Assembly: GCA_029775855.1 (NCBI GenBank)
Contig: JARVJZ010000003.1
Coordinates: 96,001-160,000 of the forward strand
DNA length: 64,000 nucleotides
Reading direction: 5' to 3'
DNA from: Nitrososphaeria archaeon
GTDB taxonomy: Archaea; Thermoproteota; Nitrososphaeria; Nitrososphaerales; JAAOZN01
A model generated the notes under the pieces. The model was not told where the DNA came from. It ran no database searches and saw nothing but the letters and a program-made list of their open reading frames with translations. The position numbers were made by a program, and so were the translations under genes. This document shows, in pieces, positions 9,760-18,829 of the stretch. The number at the start of each line of letters is the position of its first letter. The stretch's first letter is position 1.

Positions 9760-10860
9760 ATGGTGTTGGAAGCCGGTTCAGTAGCTGAAGATAGAGGTGA
9801 GTATAGCGTTCAAAGGCGAAGATTCATAAAGCGGTTGATAGTGGGCATACCGATATTAGCTGCTGCTTCGTCTCTATTAGCGTATCTGCTTGCATCAAAG
9901 CCTAGAGAAGAGTCTAAATCAACCACAGAGAGTTTGGAGCAGCTTATCAGTTATGAAGTTACACCAACTAATCTATTTTACGCAGTTTCGCTAGATGTCG
10001 TATCACCTAATCTTGATGCGAGCAGATGGAGGCTTAAAGTTCATGGGTTAGTTGAAGAACCTATGCAATTCACATTGGGTGATATTAAGTCTATGCGTTC
10101 AGTTGGAGAATACGCAACTTTAGAGTGTGTAAGTAACCCTGTAGGTGGAGATTTGATAAGTAATGCGTATTGGAGGGGTGTGCAGCTTAAAACCCTCTTG
10201 GAGTTGGTGAAGGTTAAGCCTAACGCGAGATATATTGTGTTTAGATGCTTTGAAGGTTATAGTGTTGGTATACCGATTGAAGCCGCCTTGGATGAAGGCA
10301 CAATATTAGCGTATGAGATGAATTACGAGCCTCTAACATTAGAGCATGGCTACCCTCTAAGGCTCATCGTGCCTAAGTACTATGGTATGATGAACCCTAA
10401 GTGGATAGTCGAGATAGAAGTTGTAGACTACACCTACTTGGGCTTCTGGCAGAAGTTAGGTTGGGCTAACGAAGCAGAATATCAGACTCATTCAACGATA
10501 TTGGTTCCAGGATACAGCCCGTTAAGAAGACGCTTCAACTTAAGTCAAACACCACAGCAAGCGAAGTTAGGTGAAAGACTTCAGATATGTGGTGTAGCGT
10601 TCGCTGGAGAAAGAGGAATCTCAAAGGTTGAGGTGAGCTTAGATGATGGGGTAACTTGGATGCGTGCAAAGATCAGAAAGCCGCTCTCTAAGTATTCTTG
10701 GGTTTTGTGGTGGCTTGATTGGGTTCCTGAGAAGGTGGGTGTGTATAGGCTTATGGTTAGAGCTGTAGATGGAAATGGTGTTCAGCAGATAGGTGATTTG
10801 ACTGAGCCTTATCCAGAGGGCGCTACTGGCTATCACACAATAGTCTTTAGGGTTGAGTAG
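9760..10860 (+). CDS. Tat-exported sulfite-oxidase-family molybdoenzyme (SoxC/YuiH-like)
   Basis: QRRRFIK twin-Arg signal, TLECVSN Mo-Cys, HGYPLRL, C-terminal dimerisation domain. Confidence 0.88.
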   Translation: MVLEAGSVAEDRGEYSVQRRRFIKRLIVGIPILAAASSLLAYLLASKPREESKSTTESLEQLISYEVTPTNLFYAVSLDVVSPNLDASRWRLKVHGLVEEPMQFTLGDIKSMRSVGEYATLECVSNPVGGDLISNAYWRGVQLKTLLELVKVKPNARYIVFRCFEGYSVGIPIEAALDEGTILAYEMNYEPLTLEHGYPLRLIVPKYYGMMNPKWIVEIEVVDYTYLGFWQKLGWANEAEYQTHSTILVPGYSPLRRRFNLSQTPQQAKLGERLQICGVAFAGERGISKVEVSLDDGVTWMRAKIRKPLSKYSWVLWWLDWVPEKVGVYRLMVRAVDGNGVQQIGDLTEPYPEGATGYHTIVFRVE

Positions 10861-10866
10861 GGGTGG

Positions 10867-12648
10867 CTATTTCACGCCTAGATTTTTGAGCAGTATTTCT
10901 TCGTTGTTAGGCGACTGTATAAATGCTGGAACATTCTTTTGCTTTGTAGCCTTATAGGAGACGAAGAGCCACTGACCTGTGTCGAGATCCGTGGTCTTTT
11001 CGAGTAGATCGTAGCTTAGCGAGAATGCGTCTGCTATGACCATTCTGTCGTAGGATCTTGGAAGCGTGCTTACGAAGTAGCTGTGTAGTTGCTGTAGGGC
11101 GTTTACGTTTAGATGGGCTACTCTTTGTGTGCTGAGCCAGCAGTGCGCCCTATATTTTCTACCTTGTCTAAGTAGTGATTCGACTGCTTTATTTGATTCG
11201 TCTGAGTAATCAGTTCTTTGGCTTCTATCTGGTATGAATTCTTGCGCTTCATCTAAGACTATAAGAACCTTTCTTCTTGCGCCTTTTGTCTTCTTTAATT
11301 GGAGTAGTCTGGTTATGAGTTTTGATGCGGTTAGCCGCGCTTTGTCTGGCTCTGGTATATAAATAATGTTTATAGATTGAGCGGTGTCTTTTAGCACGAG
11401 GTTTGCTAGTCTACTTGGGTTTATTATTTTAGCCTCAGATTCTTCTAAAGTTGGCTTGGCTGTTTCTATTTTTTCAAGGTATTCTAAGATTGAGGATACT
11501 TCGCTTTTAAGTGAAGAGCGCTCTGGCGCTTTTTCAACGAGATCTTCTAATATCTTTTTAAGATATTCTATGTCTTCCTCTTTTAGGGCTGTTAGTTCGG
11601 TGTCGATGCTGTATCCTTTTTCTTCTATGAGGTGTTTTATGATTTCGGTTAGCGTGATTTTGGCTGACATTGCACCCGCTCTGCTAGATTCATGTGCGCT
11701 TTTTAGAGTTTCAATTATGGAGTCGATTCTGATATCTTCAATGTCTTCTAATGTTATTCTTTGGATTCTCTTTTCTTCAAAGAGCTTTTTGATTTTCTCT
11801 TTAAGCATACTTTCGCTTAATCTTTGTTCTAGTGTCTCTGGTATGACTTGAGAGTTTAGGAAGGTTGAGACATCTTCTTTGAAGTCTTCTGTTGAGAAGA
11901 CTTTGCCTTTTTTCGCTATGAGGTCTAGTAGGTGTATTGAATATTCACCCGCTACATCGAAGATTACTACTTTGAGTTCTGGTATTGCTTCGACTGCTTT
12001 TCTGATTAGGTAGGATGTTAGGTTGGATTTGCCTGAGCCTGTGAAGCCGAAGACTCCTGTATGGTATCTTACTACGCTTTCGATGTTTATTGTGAGAGGT
12101 ATGTTGAAGCCTATTAGCTCTCCTACAGATACACCATCTTCAACGCAGAGGAATCTTCTGACTGTTTGGTTTGAGAGTAGGTATGCTTTAGAGCCTATGA
12201 GTGGTATTAGTGTGGTTTTGGTGAATTTAGGCTCATCTTCTTTTAGGTTCATGGAGTAGTCTGTTGGGACTGCTATTATGTCGAGCCAAGTTTCTTCGCT
12301 TTCGCCCCAGCTTTCGTTTATCTTTGTTAGGAATTCGAGTCTGACGGTTTTTGGTAGGGCTACATCCATGCCGAGCATCTGGAAGTGTGTGGGTTTTAGG
12401 GCTACGATTTCGTAGATAAGGTAGAGTAGTTCTTCGGATGTTGTTCGCTCTATGCCTATGAAGGATGGTTGGTGTAGTCTATCAAGCACTTTTAGGTCGA
12501 ATTTTGCCTCAAGTATTGCTACTGGGTTCGCTAGGCTTATTTCACCCTCTTTAGTTCTTGTAGATCTTGTTACTATTTTGTGTTCTCTTAACCTTGCTTC
12601 GAATCTTCCTTCTAAGTCGTCGAAGGCTTCTGAATGCTTCATGCTCAT
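10867..12648 (-). CDS. herA: HerA/FtsK-family ATPase (HerA paralogue)
   Basis: Walker A GFTGSGKS, Walker B LDEAQEF, RQGRKY Arg finger, STQR. Confidence 0.88.
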   Translation of the reverse strand: MSMKHSEAFDDLEGRFEARLREHKIVTRSTRTKEGEISLANPVAILEAKFDLKVLDRLHQPSFIGIERTTSEELLYLIYEIVALKPTHFQMLGMDVALPKTVRLEFLTKINESWGESEETWLDIIAVPTDYSMNLKEDEPKFTKTTLIPLIGSKAYLLSNQTVRRFLCVEDGVSVGELIGFNIPLTINIESVVRYHTGVFGFTGSGKSNLTSYLIRKAVEAIPELKVVIFDVAGEYSIHLLDLIAKKGKVFSTEDFKEDVSTFLNSQVIPETLEQRLSESMLKEKIKKLFEEKRIQRITLEDIEDIRIDSIIETLKSAHESSRAGAMSAKITLTEIIKHLIEEKGYSIDTELTALKEEDIEYLKKILEDLVEKAPERSSLKSEVSSILEYLEKIETAKPTLEESEAKIINPSRLANLVLKDTAQSINIIYIPEPDKARLTASKLITRLLQLKKTKGARRKVLIVLDEAQEFIPDRSQRTDYSDESNKAVESLLRQGRKYRAHCWLSTQRVAHLNVNALQQLHSYFVSTLPRSYDRMVIADAFSLSYDLLEKTTDLDTGQWLFVSYKATKQKNVPAFIQSPNNEEILLKNLGVK

Positions 12649-14438
12649 GCACCCTCTCTTTGGGCTGCGGCTCTTCTAGCCTTTTCGGTTTCGGCTCTTA
12701 ATCCTCTGTAGCCTTTGATGATGTAGAAGTAGCGTCTTTTTCTTGCTAGGGTTCCTAGGTGGAGGTCTGCTACTCCTCTTAGCATCCCTCTCATAAGGTT
12801 GACTTCAGCTTTTACTGCTTTGTCTGCTAAGTAAAGTAGTTGGTTGTGCCCTAGGGCTTCGAGCACTTCAGGGTTGTCTGAGTTTGTGAGTATGGTGAGT
12901 ATGAGGTCGTCGAGGGGGTTTGCGTCGTTGTCTTCTATATATGGTTCTATCTGGATTATTCCATCTCTTGCTAAGACCTCTATTTGTTTGCAGCGTTGTT
13001 CGTCGAAAACTGGGCTGTAGAAGCGGTCGTAGACGAAGACTGGTGAGCGTGCTTCTTTGTCTGTTGTGAAGGTTTTTGATTGGAAGTATGCTTTAACTAA
13101 AAGTCTTTCTCTGAAGACGGTCTTTCTCGCTGCTCTTAGAGGCGTTTTTTGGTCGCCGCTTTTGGTTAATGTTGTGAAGCAGACATCGTAGCTCATCGTT
13201 CTCCAAGGTGTTTCTATCATCTGGTTGTTGACTGAGGTTAGTATGGTGAGGAAGGCTCGGTCGTTTTTTATTCCTGGGAGGCTGGCGCTCTTTATTAAGC
13301 CTTGGTGTGTTGCGTATGGTATTATGCTTCTTGTGAAGTCTGAGGCTACCGTGTCCTTTGTTACACCGATGAGCAGCACATTTTTGCTGTGTGTTTGGTA
13401 TAGGAGTTCGTAGATGAGGAAGAGGTTTACAGCGTTTATGTCGAGTACTGTAAGCCATCTTTCTTCGTCCAGTTGTAGAGGATGCTCGGTGCCTTCGAAG
13501 ACTCTTGTTCTTACCGCTTCGGCTGCTGCTTTCACTCTCTTCCAGTAGGTTTTTACTTCTGGTTTGATTGCTATGGTTGTTAGGTCTGATTTTTCGAGGA
13601 GTTGGTGGTTGTAGTGCTCATTCATTTCGTTTAGTTTCTTTATGAGTTTGTTGAGTTTTTCGTCGTTTAGTTTTAGTTGGTTTGCTAGTTCGGTTTTCGT
13701 CATTTCTGTGTGCTGTATTAGGGTTTGGATGGCTTTGTAGGTTAGGTATGGTGGTCTTGTTGGTATGTAGATATTTCCTGGGCCTAGTATAGATGCTATG
13801 CTTAGGTCGAGCATAGATGGTTTACCTTCTGAGGTTTCTATTGTGGTTAGGGTTGAGTAGCCGCTTTTGAGCATTGCTCTAAGGTCTCTGGATGCTGGTC
13901 CGAAGGTTCCTGATATAGGTCTGTCGAGGAAGATTATCTTTGTTTCTTTTTGGTTTAGGGTGTTTAGGGTTATTGAGAGTTCTGCTAGAGTCATTAGAGA
14001 GTAGGGGATTCGGTCTATTGCTTGCTGGAGTTCGAATTCGACGTCTGTTTGGGTTAGGGGGTTTAGGATGTTTGTGGTGTCTTCGAACCAGAGTGGGATG
14101 GCTGCTGAGGCTGTTAGTCTTAACTCTCGCTCCGCTTTTTTTATGTTTATGTTTATACTTTTTTCTTCTATTTTGAAGGGGCATTTGTATGCTGTTGCGC
14201 ATACATAGAATAAGATCATCTCCATCCTTTCGTCATAATCCATGGAGCCGTCTATGCCTACCGCTGTGCCTTCTTTGAGTTTTAGTGTGTCTGCTGCATG
14301 GAGCCATCTTTCTTTTTGCGGTTGTTTGAGTAGTGCTTTGAAGTCTTCTCTGCCTTTCATTTGGTCTGCTCTTTTGTTGAAGTTGCTGACTAAGGTGGAT
14401 GTTTGGGCTGCTAGTTTTCTAGCTATGGTGCTTGACAA
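12645..14438 (-). CDS. nurA: large NurA-family nuclease with internal wHTH-like insertion
   Basis: AVGIDGS, IIFLDRP, LIGVTKD, C-terminal GHNQLLYLAD; 4-nt overlap with herA. Confidence 0.78.
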   Translation of the reverse strand: MSSTIARKLAAQTSTLVSNFNKRADQMKGREDFKALLKQPQKERWLHAADTLKLKEGTAVGIDGSMDYDERMEMILFYVCATAYKCPFKIEEKSININIKKAERELRLTASAAIPLWFEDTTNILNPLTQTDVEFELQQAIDRIPYSLMTLAELSITLNTLNQKETKIIFLDRPISGTFGPASRDLRAMLKSGYSTLTTIETSEGKPSMLDLSIASILGPGNIYIPTRPPYLTYKAIQTLIQHTEMTKTELANQLKLNDEKLNKLIKKLNEMNEHYNHQLLEKSDLTTIAIKPEVKTYWKRVKAAAEAVRTRVFEGTEHPLQLDEERWLTVLDINAVNLFLIYELLYQTHSKNVLLIGVTKDTVASDFTRSIIPYATHQGLIKSASLPGIKNDRAFLTILTSVNNQMIETPWRTMSYDVCFTTLTKSGDQKTPLRAARKTVFRERLLVKAYFQSKTFTTDKEARSPVFVYDRFYSPVFDEQRCKQIEVLARDGIIQIEPYIEDNDANPLDDLILTILTNSDNPEVLEALGHNQLLYLADKAVKAEVNLMRGMLRGVADLHLGTLARKRRYFYIIKGYRGLRAETEKARRAAAQREGA

Positions 14439-14496
14439 CCTTCTGCTTTGAGGTTGATGAAAGTTATAAAGGTAGTGTCCAAGTTATTGTCTGCTC

Positions 14497-17388
14497 TTAT
14501 GTTTTGCTTCTGAGCCTTCTGAGTTCTTGGAGCTCAGCCAACGCCTTCTCTACTTGGATGCGTTCAGCCTTTGTTAGTCCTAGTGTGTCGTAGATGGCTT
14601 CATCTAACTCCCTGCGCGCTTCATTCTCCTCTTTGACTGCGGCGTGAAGCCTTCTCTGAATTTTATCTTCAAGTAATCTTTGCTCCTTCCTAGATTTAAT
14701 AGCATCTAATTCATCTTCAATTTTTATTCTTTTATCTATAGCTTTAACGACTATTCTAAACGCCTTTGCTATTCGGCTTCTCTCATCTTCAGAAAGAGAT
14801 GAAGGATCAAGTGTGGGAAGAATCTCTATTTCGTAAACAAGGAGTTCTAAGACGCCACCACCATAGGAGCGGCCATACAGTTCAACTAATAACGCATTAA
14901 CGCTACTATTAAGATAACCAAGTAGGATATTGGTGTACTGTTTATTCTTAGGATATATGTAATAGAAGACGTGAGCAGCATGTGCTTGAGCATCGTTTCG
15001 CAAGAAGACTGGCTTAATATCGATTAATCTTGGAAAAAGAATTGTGGACTCCTTTAACTGGGGTAGGGCGTACCACGGTTCGCGTGCACGAACGGTTTCA
15101 AGTTGAGGTAGTTTTCTTTTGCCTCTTTTTGAACCTCGTGTGACCTCTATTTCAAGCCGCTCGCCATACTCTATGTATTTAAGGGCGTTAGTCCCTTTCA
15201 ACACGTTTTTAGGTTGGTTAACCATAAAGAAGTATTCTTGAACATCTTCTTCATGTATTACAAGCCCTTTAACCTTCTTAGGTGAAGAGACGCAAGGTTT
15301 TAGAAACTGCGGCTCTATCCCCCATTTTTCAGCTTTCTCCTTTGAGAGAATAAAATAATCATTATAACCTGTCTTTATGCCGAAGAATACTTCTGCGAGG
15401 TTCTCAAGTGGTTTTACCTTAGGATTTTGGATGATCTTTTGATACACAAGCGGGGCTCTCAGATAAACATTCCATTTTCCTTGCTTAAGGTTTCCCTGTT
15501 TAACTACGTTAATTCTTATGTGCTCGTCTTCAAAACTCTCTGCCGTTTCTTGAATTAACCTAATTTGGCTCTCTAAGTCCATCTTCTGTTTTACACGGAT
15601 GAACTTCACTAAATTCTCGTTGCGCTTTCGTTTATCACTCTCCTTTTCGAGTATTGTTACCGCTGTATTGACTTCAGCATCAGGAAACACTGCTCTATCA
15701 AACTCAATAACATAATGAATCTTCGCATAATCGAGCAGAAACCTTTGGAAAGGCTCACCATAACCAACCTCAAGCCACTTATTCGAAGATATAAAACCAA
15801 GGTAGCCACTATTCCTCAAAAGCCCCAAACCGTGAATAAAGAAGTAGATGTAGATATCACTCTGCTTATCAAGAACAATAGCATCAGAAACCCCCTTAGG
15901 CGCAGCGCCGACAAACAACCTACCCCGATACTCACCCTCAATCAACCCCTTAATCTTAAGCTTCTCACCCTCACCCAACAACTCCTGCCTAATGTAAGGA
16001 GGATTAGCAACAACAACATCAAAATAAGCCGGAACATCAATCAAAGCCCTCTTACCCTCAGCAGTTACACCCTCAAACCCAGACAAAATAGCCTGCCCAG
16101 CCTTAATATCAAAAAAGTCATCCACAATAACATTCACCTTATCAATCCTAGCCCTAGCATTCTGAATAGCAAGATTAATCACAGAAAGATGAGCCGGAAA
16201 CTGATTAATATCAACACCAAATATCTGCCCCAACAACCGCCTATGAAAAAGCTCACCAAAAGCACCAGAAGCGTCCCTAGGAATCCCATTAAGCTCACGC
16301 AACCTATGATACGCCTTAACAAGAAAAGAGCCCGAGCCACAAGCAGGGTCTAGGACCACAGCGTCAGGACGCCTTAAAGTCAACCTAATTATCAAATCAA
16401 CGATACTTGGAGGGGTATAGAACTGCCCAAGCCTCTTCCTCTCCAAAGGCGGAATAAGCTTCTCATAAACCCTACCTAGAAAATCACTCTCCATCTTAGA
16501 AAAATCAAACTCATTCAACGAATCAATAAGCGTCCTTATACGCTCACCAGCCCTCGCCGTTAAAGGAATCTCACTTATAATATCACTCTCATAGATTGGA
16601 GCATAATCTATCTTCCTAGCCTCAGCATAAAACCTACCCAAAGCATCAGAAACATCCTCATCCTCAAACACCCTAAGCTGACTCAACCTATCAGGGTAAA
16701 TCGCCCTAATCACCTGATAAAACAAGAGCTTATTGATCTGCAAATACGTAGACTGCGCAGCAACCAACCTATTACTCTCATCACCAAATTCAACACCTTG
16801 ACTCTCAAGCCAACTGACATACCTATCATAGAAAGCCTTATCCTTCAACCTCTCCTTCAACGAAGAAAGAAACTCAGGATAAAGATCATTAAACGCCTCA
16901 TGAAGCATATCAACAAGAGTATCATCTAAAGGCTTAAGCCGAACAGGCACTAACCCAAGCGTAGCCTTAAGAACATCTTCAGCCCAACTCGGATGAACAT
17001 CATAATCATACGAAGCAACCTCACTCTCATAAGCCTTAACACCAGCCCTCAGCTGAAAAAGAACAATCCTCCTAGCATTACAAGTCAGATAATAGGGAAA
17101 ACCACCAAGAGCAGCATAACCAACAGCCTGATTTATAACATCAGGGTCACGAGGCTCAATATCACGCTCAACCCTACCAACCTTCTTCCTAAACTTCGCC
17201 TCCAAAACAAAGATACCCCTACCACCCCTCTCCGCAGTCAAATCAGGCCTACCATCAATAGAAGGCTCAACGTGAAAATCAACAACACCCGCAACACCAA
17301 GCCTCTCAGCAGCCTCCTTCAACCTAGGCAAAACATAATTAGCAACAAAGTCTCTCTCAGAACGGTAGCGAAACATACAAACCACCAC
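14497..17388 (-). CDS. Type IIG-like fused restriction endonuclease / N6-adenine methyltransferase
   Basis: N-terminal PD...EAK and QAVGYA nuclease motifs; GQFYTP, LDPACGSGSFL, NPPY; C-terminal TRD. Confidence 0.9.
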   Translation of the reverse strand: MVVCMFRYRSERDFVANYVLPRLKEAAERLGVAGVVDFHVEPSIDGRPDLTAERGGRGIFVLEAKFRKKVGRVERDIEPRDPDVINQAVGYAALGGFPYYLTCNARRIVLFQLRAGVKAYESEVASYDYDVHPSWAEDVLKATLGLVPVRLKPLDDTLVDMLHEAFNDLYPEFLSSLKERLKDKAFYDRYVSWLESQGVEFGDESNRLVAAQSTYLQINKLLFYQVIRAIYPDRLSQLRVFEDEDVSDALGRFYAEARKIDYAPIYESDIISEIPLTARAGERIRTLIDSLNEFDFSKMESDFLGRVYEKLIPPLERKRLGQFYTPPSIVDLIIRLTLRRPDAVVLDPACGSGSFLVKAYHRLRELNGIPRDASGAFGELFHRRLLGQIFGVDINQFPAHLSVINLAIQNARARIDKVNVIVDDFFDIKAGQAILSGFEGVTAEGKRALIDVPAYFDVVVANPPYIRQELLGEGEKLKIKGLIEGEYRGRLFVGAAPKGVSDAIVLDKQSDIYIYFFIHGLGLLRNSGYLGFISSNKWLEVGYGEPFQRFLLDYAKIHYVIEFDRAVFPDAEVNTAVTILEKESDKRKRNENLVKFIRVKQKMDLESQIRLIQETAESFEDEHIRINVVKQGNLKQGKWNVYLRAPLVYQKIIQNPKVKPLENLAEVFFGIKTGYNDYFILSKEKAEKWGIEPQFLKPCVSSPKKVKGLVIHEEDVQEYFFMVNQPKNVLKGTNALKYIEYGERLEIEVTRGSKRGKRKLPQLETVRAREPWYALPQLKESTILFPRLIDIKPVFLRNDAQAHAAHVFYYIYPKNKQYTNILLGYLNSSVNALLVELYGRSYGGGVLELLVYEIEILPTLDPSSLSEDERSRIAKAFRIVVKAIDKRIKIEDELDAIKSRKEQRLLEDKIQRRLHAAVKEENEARRELDEAIYDTLGLTKAERIQVEKALAELQELRRLRSKT

Positions 17389-17481
17389 GTAGAGACGTTT
17401 TCTTTAGCCTAAAGGTTTTTCTCTTTACCTCATTAACCACATCCAACTCAACACAATCGCACACAATCTCCCCCACCACAT

Positions 17482-17792
17482 AAAAATGGCTGACGAAACA
17501 TGAAGCGCATCTCTAGGCTTAAGACCATATTTTCTACCAACTCCTGAGCCTTTACGACCACTGAGTGATTAACGTCAAAAAATTCCTCATCGAGATTAGA
17601 CTCATACCAGCCCTAACCGCATACTGTAAACCAACCAACTTCAATACAACCCAGACAACCTCAGACAAAATACTCTTCTTAACATCCGCACCCTCATGAC
17701 GCTTTGCTTTCTTAGGAATAACATCCATCAACTCATCCACCGAAGTTCAACGGCTACAACCCCTTAGAACCTACTTTCACTCTCAGCCTCAT
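17482..17792 (-). pseudogene. decayed AbrB-type antitoxin / PIN (VapC) toxin pair
   Basis: MRLRVKVGSKGL* (AbrB N-terminus), then EVVWVVLKLVG and frameshifted KAQELVE/KYGLKPRDALHVSSA PIN fragments. Confidence 0.75.
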
Positions 17793-17857
17793 AACATTCC
17801 TTGTATAACCTCGGAGTATTACCAGAATAGCATATCTACAAACATAGATACAACTTG

Positions 17858-17947
17858 TGGACCGGGGGGGATTTGAACCCCCGACCTTCCGAGCTCTCGG
17901 CTCTAGGCTTGCAAGTCGGATATTCTACCAGACTGAACTACCGGCCC
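17858..17947 (-). tRNA. tRNA-Ala(UGC) with 16-nt intron at 37/38 (17894-17909)
   Basis: Acceptor GGGCCGG/CCGGTCC with G3:U70, TGC anticodon, GGGGG-TTCAAAT-CCCCC T-arm, canonical bulge-helix-bulge (CTTG/CGAG). Confidence 0.96.
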
Positions 17948-18037
17948 TCTAAAATAAGGGTCTGCTTAAGCGGGTTTCTTAATCTTATCGCTTCAACCTA
18001 ATTAGGTTTATAGGTTGTGTATCCATAGCGGTGTGCG

Positions 18038-18793
18038 GTGATTAGTTTGAATAAAAAGGATACTAAGAGAGTTGTGAAAGAAGGTTATGCACGCATAGCA
18101 AAGGAGCAAAGTTGCTGCTCGTTTGCATGCTGCCAATCTAATGGTGTAGAATATAGTAATGATGACCTACGCTTACTTCCCGCTAGCGTCTTCAGTTTAG
18201 GCTGCGGCAGCCCTCTTGTTTATGCATCGTTAAGAAAAGGTGAAACTGTTTTAGATTTAGGTTCAGGAAGCGGCTTAGAGTGCTTTCTAGCTTCAACAAG
18301 GGTCGGAGAATCCGGAAGAGTTATCGGTGTAGACATGGTTCCTGAGATGATTAAGGTTGCAAAGACCAATGCTGAAAAAGGCGGGTATAAAAATGTCGAG
18401 TTCATACTAGGCGATATAGAAAACTTACCTTTATCAGAATGTTCAATAGATGCGGTGATATCAAACTGTGTAATAAACCTAGCACCTAACAAGAGAAGAG
18501 TCTTTGAAGAAATCTACAGAGTCTTGAACAGTAGTGGGAGGCTAGTCATCTCCGATATAGTGCTTTTAAGCGAACTTCCACCCAGCGTAAAAGAGCGTGA
18601 AGACTTCTATATAGGATGCGTTTCAGGCGCAATGTTGAAAGATGACTACATTAATCTAATTAAGCAATCGGGTTTCAAAGATGTGGAAACAGTCGCCGAA
18701 ACCACATTTCCACTAGAGCAATTATCAGCGAACACAGCAGAAAAACTAGTTAAGATCGCTAGCGTAACTCTGCAAGCACTTAAACCACAGTAG
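18038..18793 (+). CDS. arsM: arsenite methyltransferase
   Basis: LGCGSP, LDLGSGSG, ISNCVINL, GCVSGA conserved Cys. Confidence 0.88.
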   Translation: MISLNKKDTKRVVKEGYARIAKEQSCCSFACCQSNGVEYSNDDLRLLPASVFSLGCGSPLVYASLRKGETVLDLGSGSGLECFLASTRVGESGRVIGVDMVPEMIKVAKTNAEKGGYKNVEFILGDIENLPLSECSIDAVISNCVINLAPNKRRVFEEIYRVLNSSGRLVISDIVLLSELPPSVKEREDFYIGCVSGAMLKDDYINLIKQSGFKDVETVAETTFPLEQLSANTAEKLVKIASVTLQALKPQ

Positions 18794-18829
18794 AGCTCCT
18801 AGCTTAAACGGCCCAGCAGAGCAGTCTCT

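Noticed and set aside
13093-17412. Long alternative-frame ORFs (13093-13458, 13879-14202, 13940-14176, 15715-16353, 16993-17412)
   Set aside because: Low-complexity products explained by the extreme strand skew inside nurA and the RM gene
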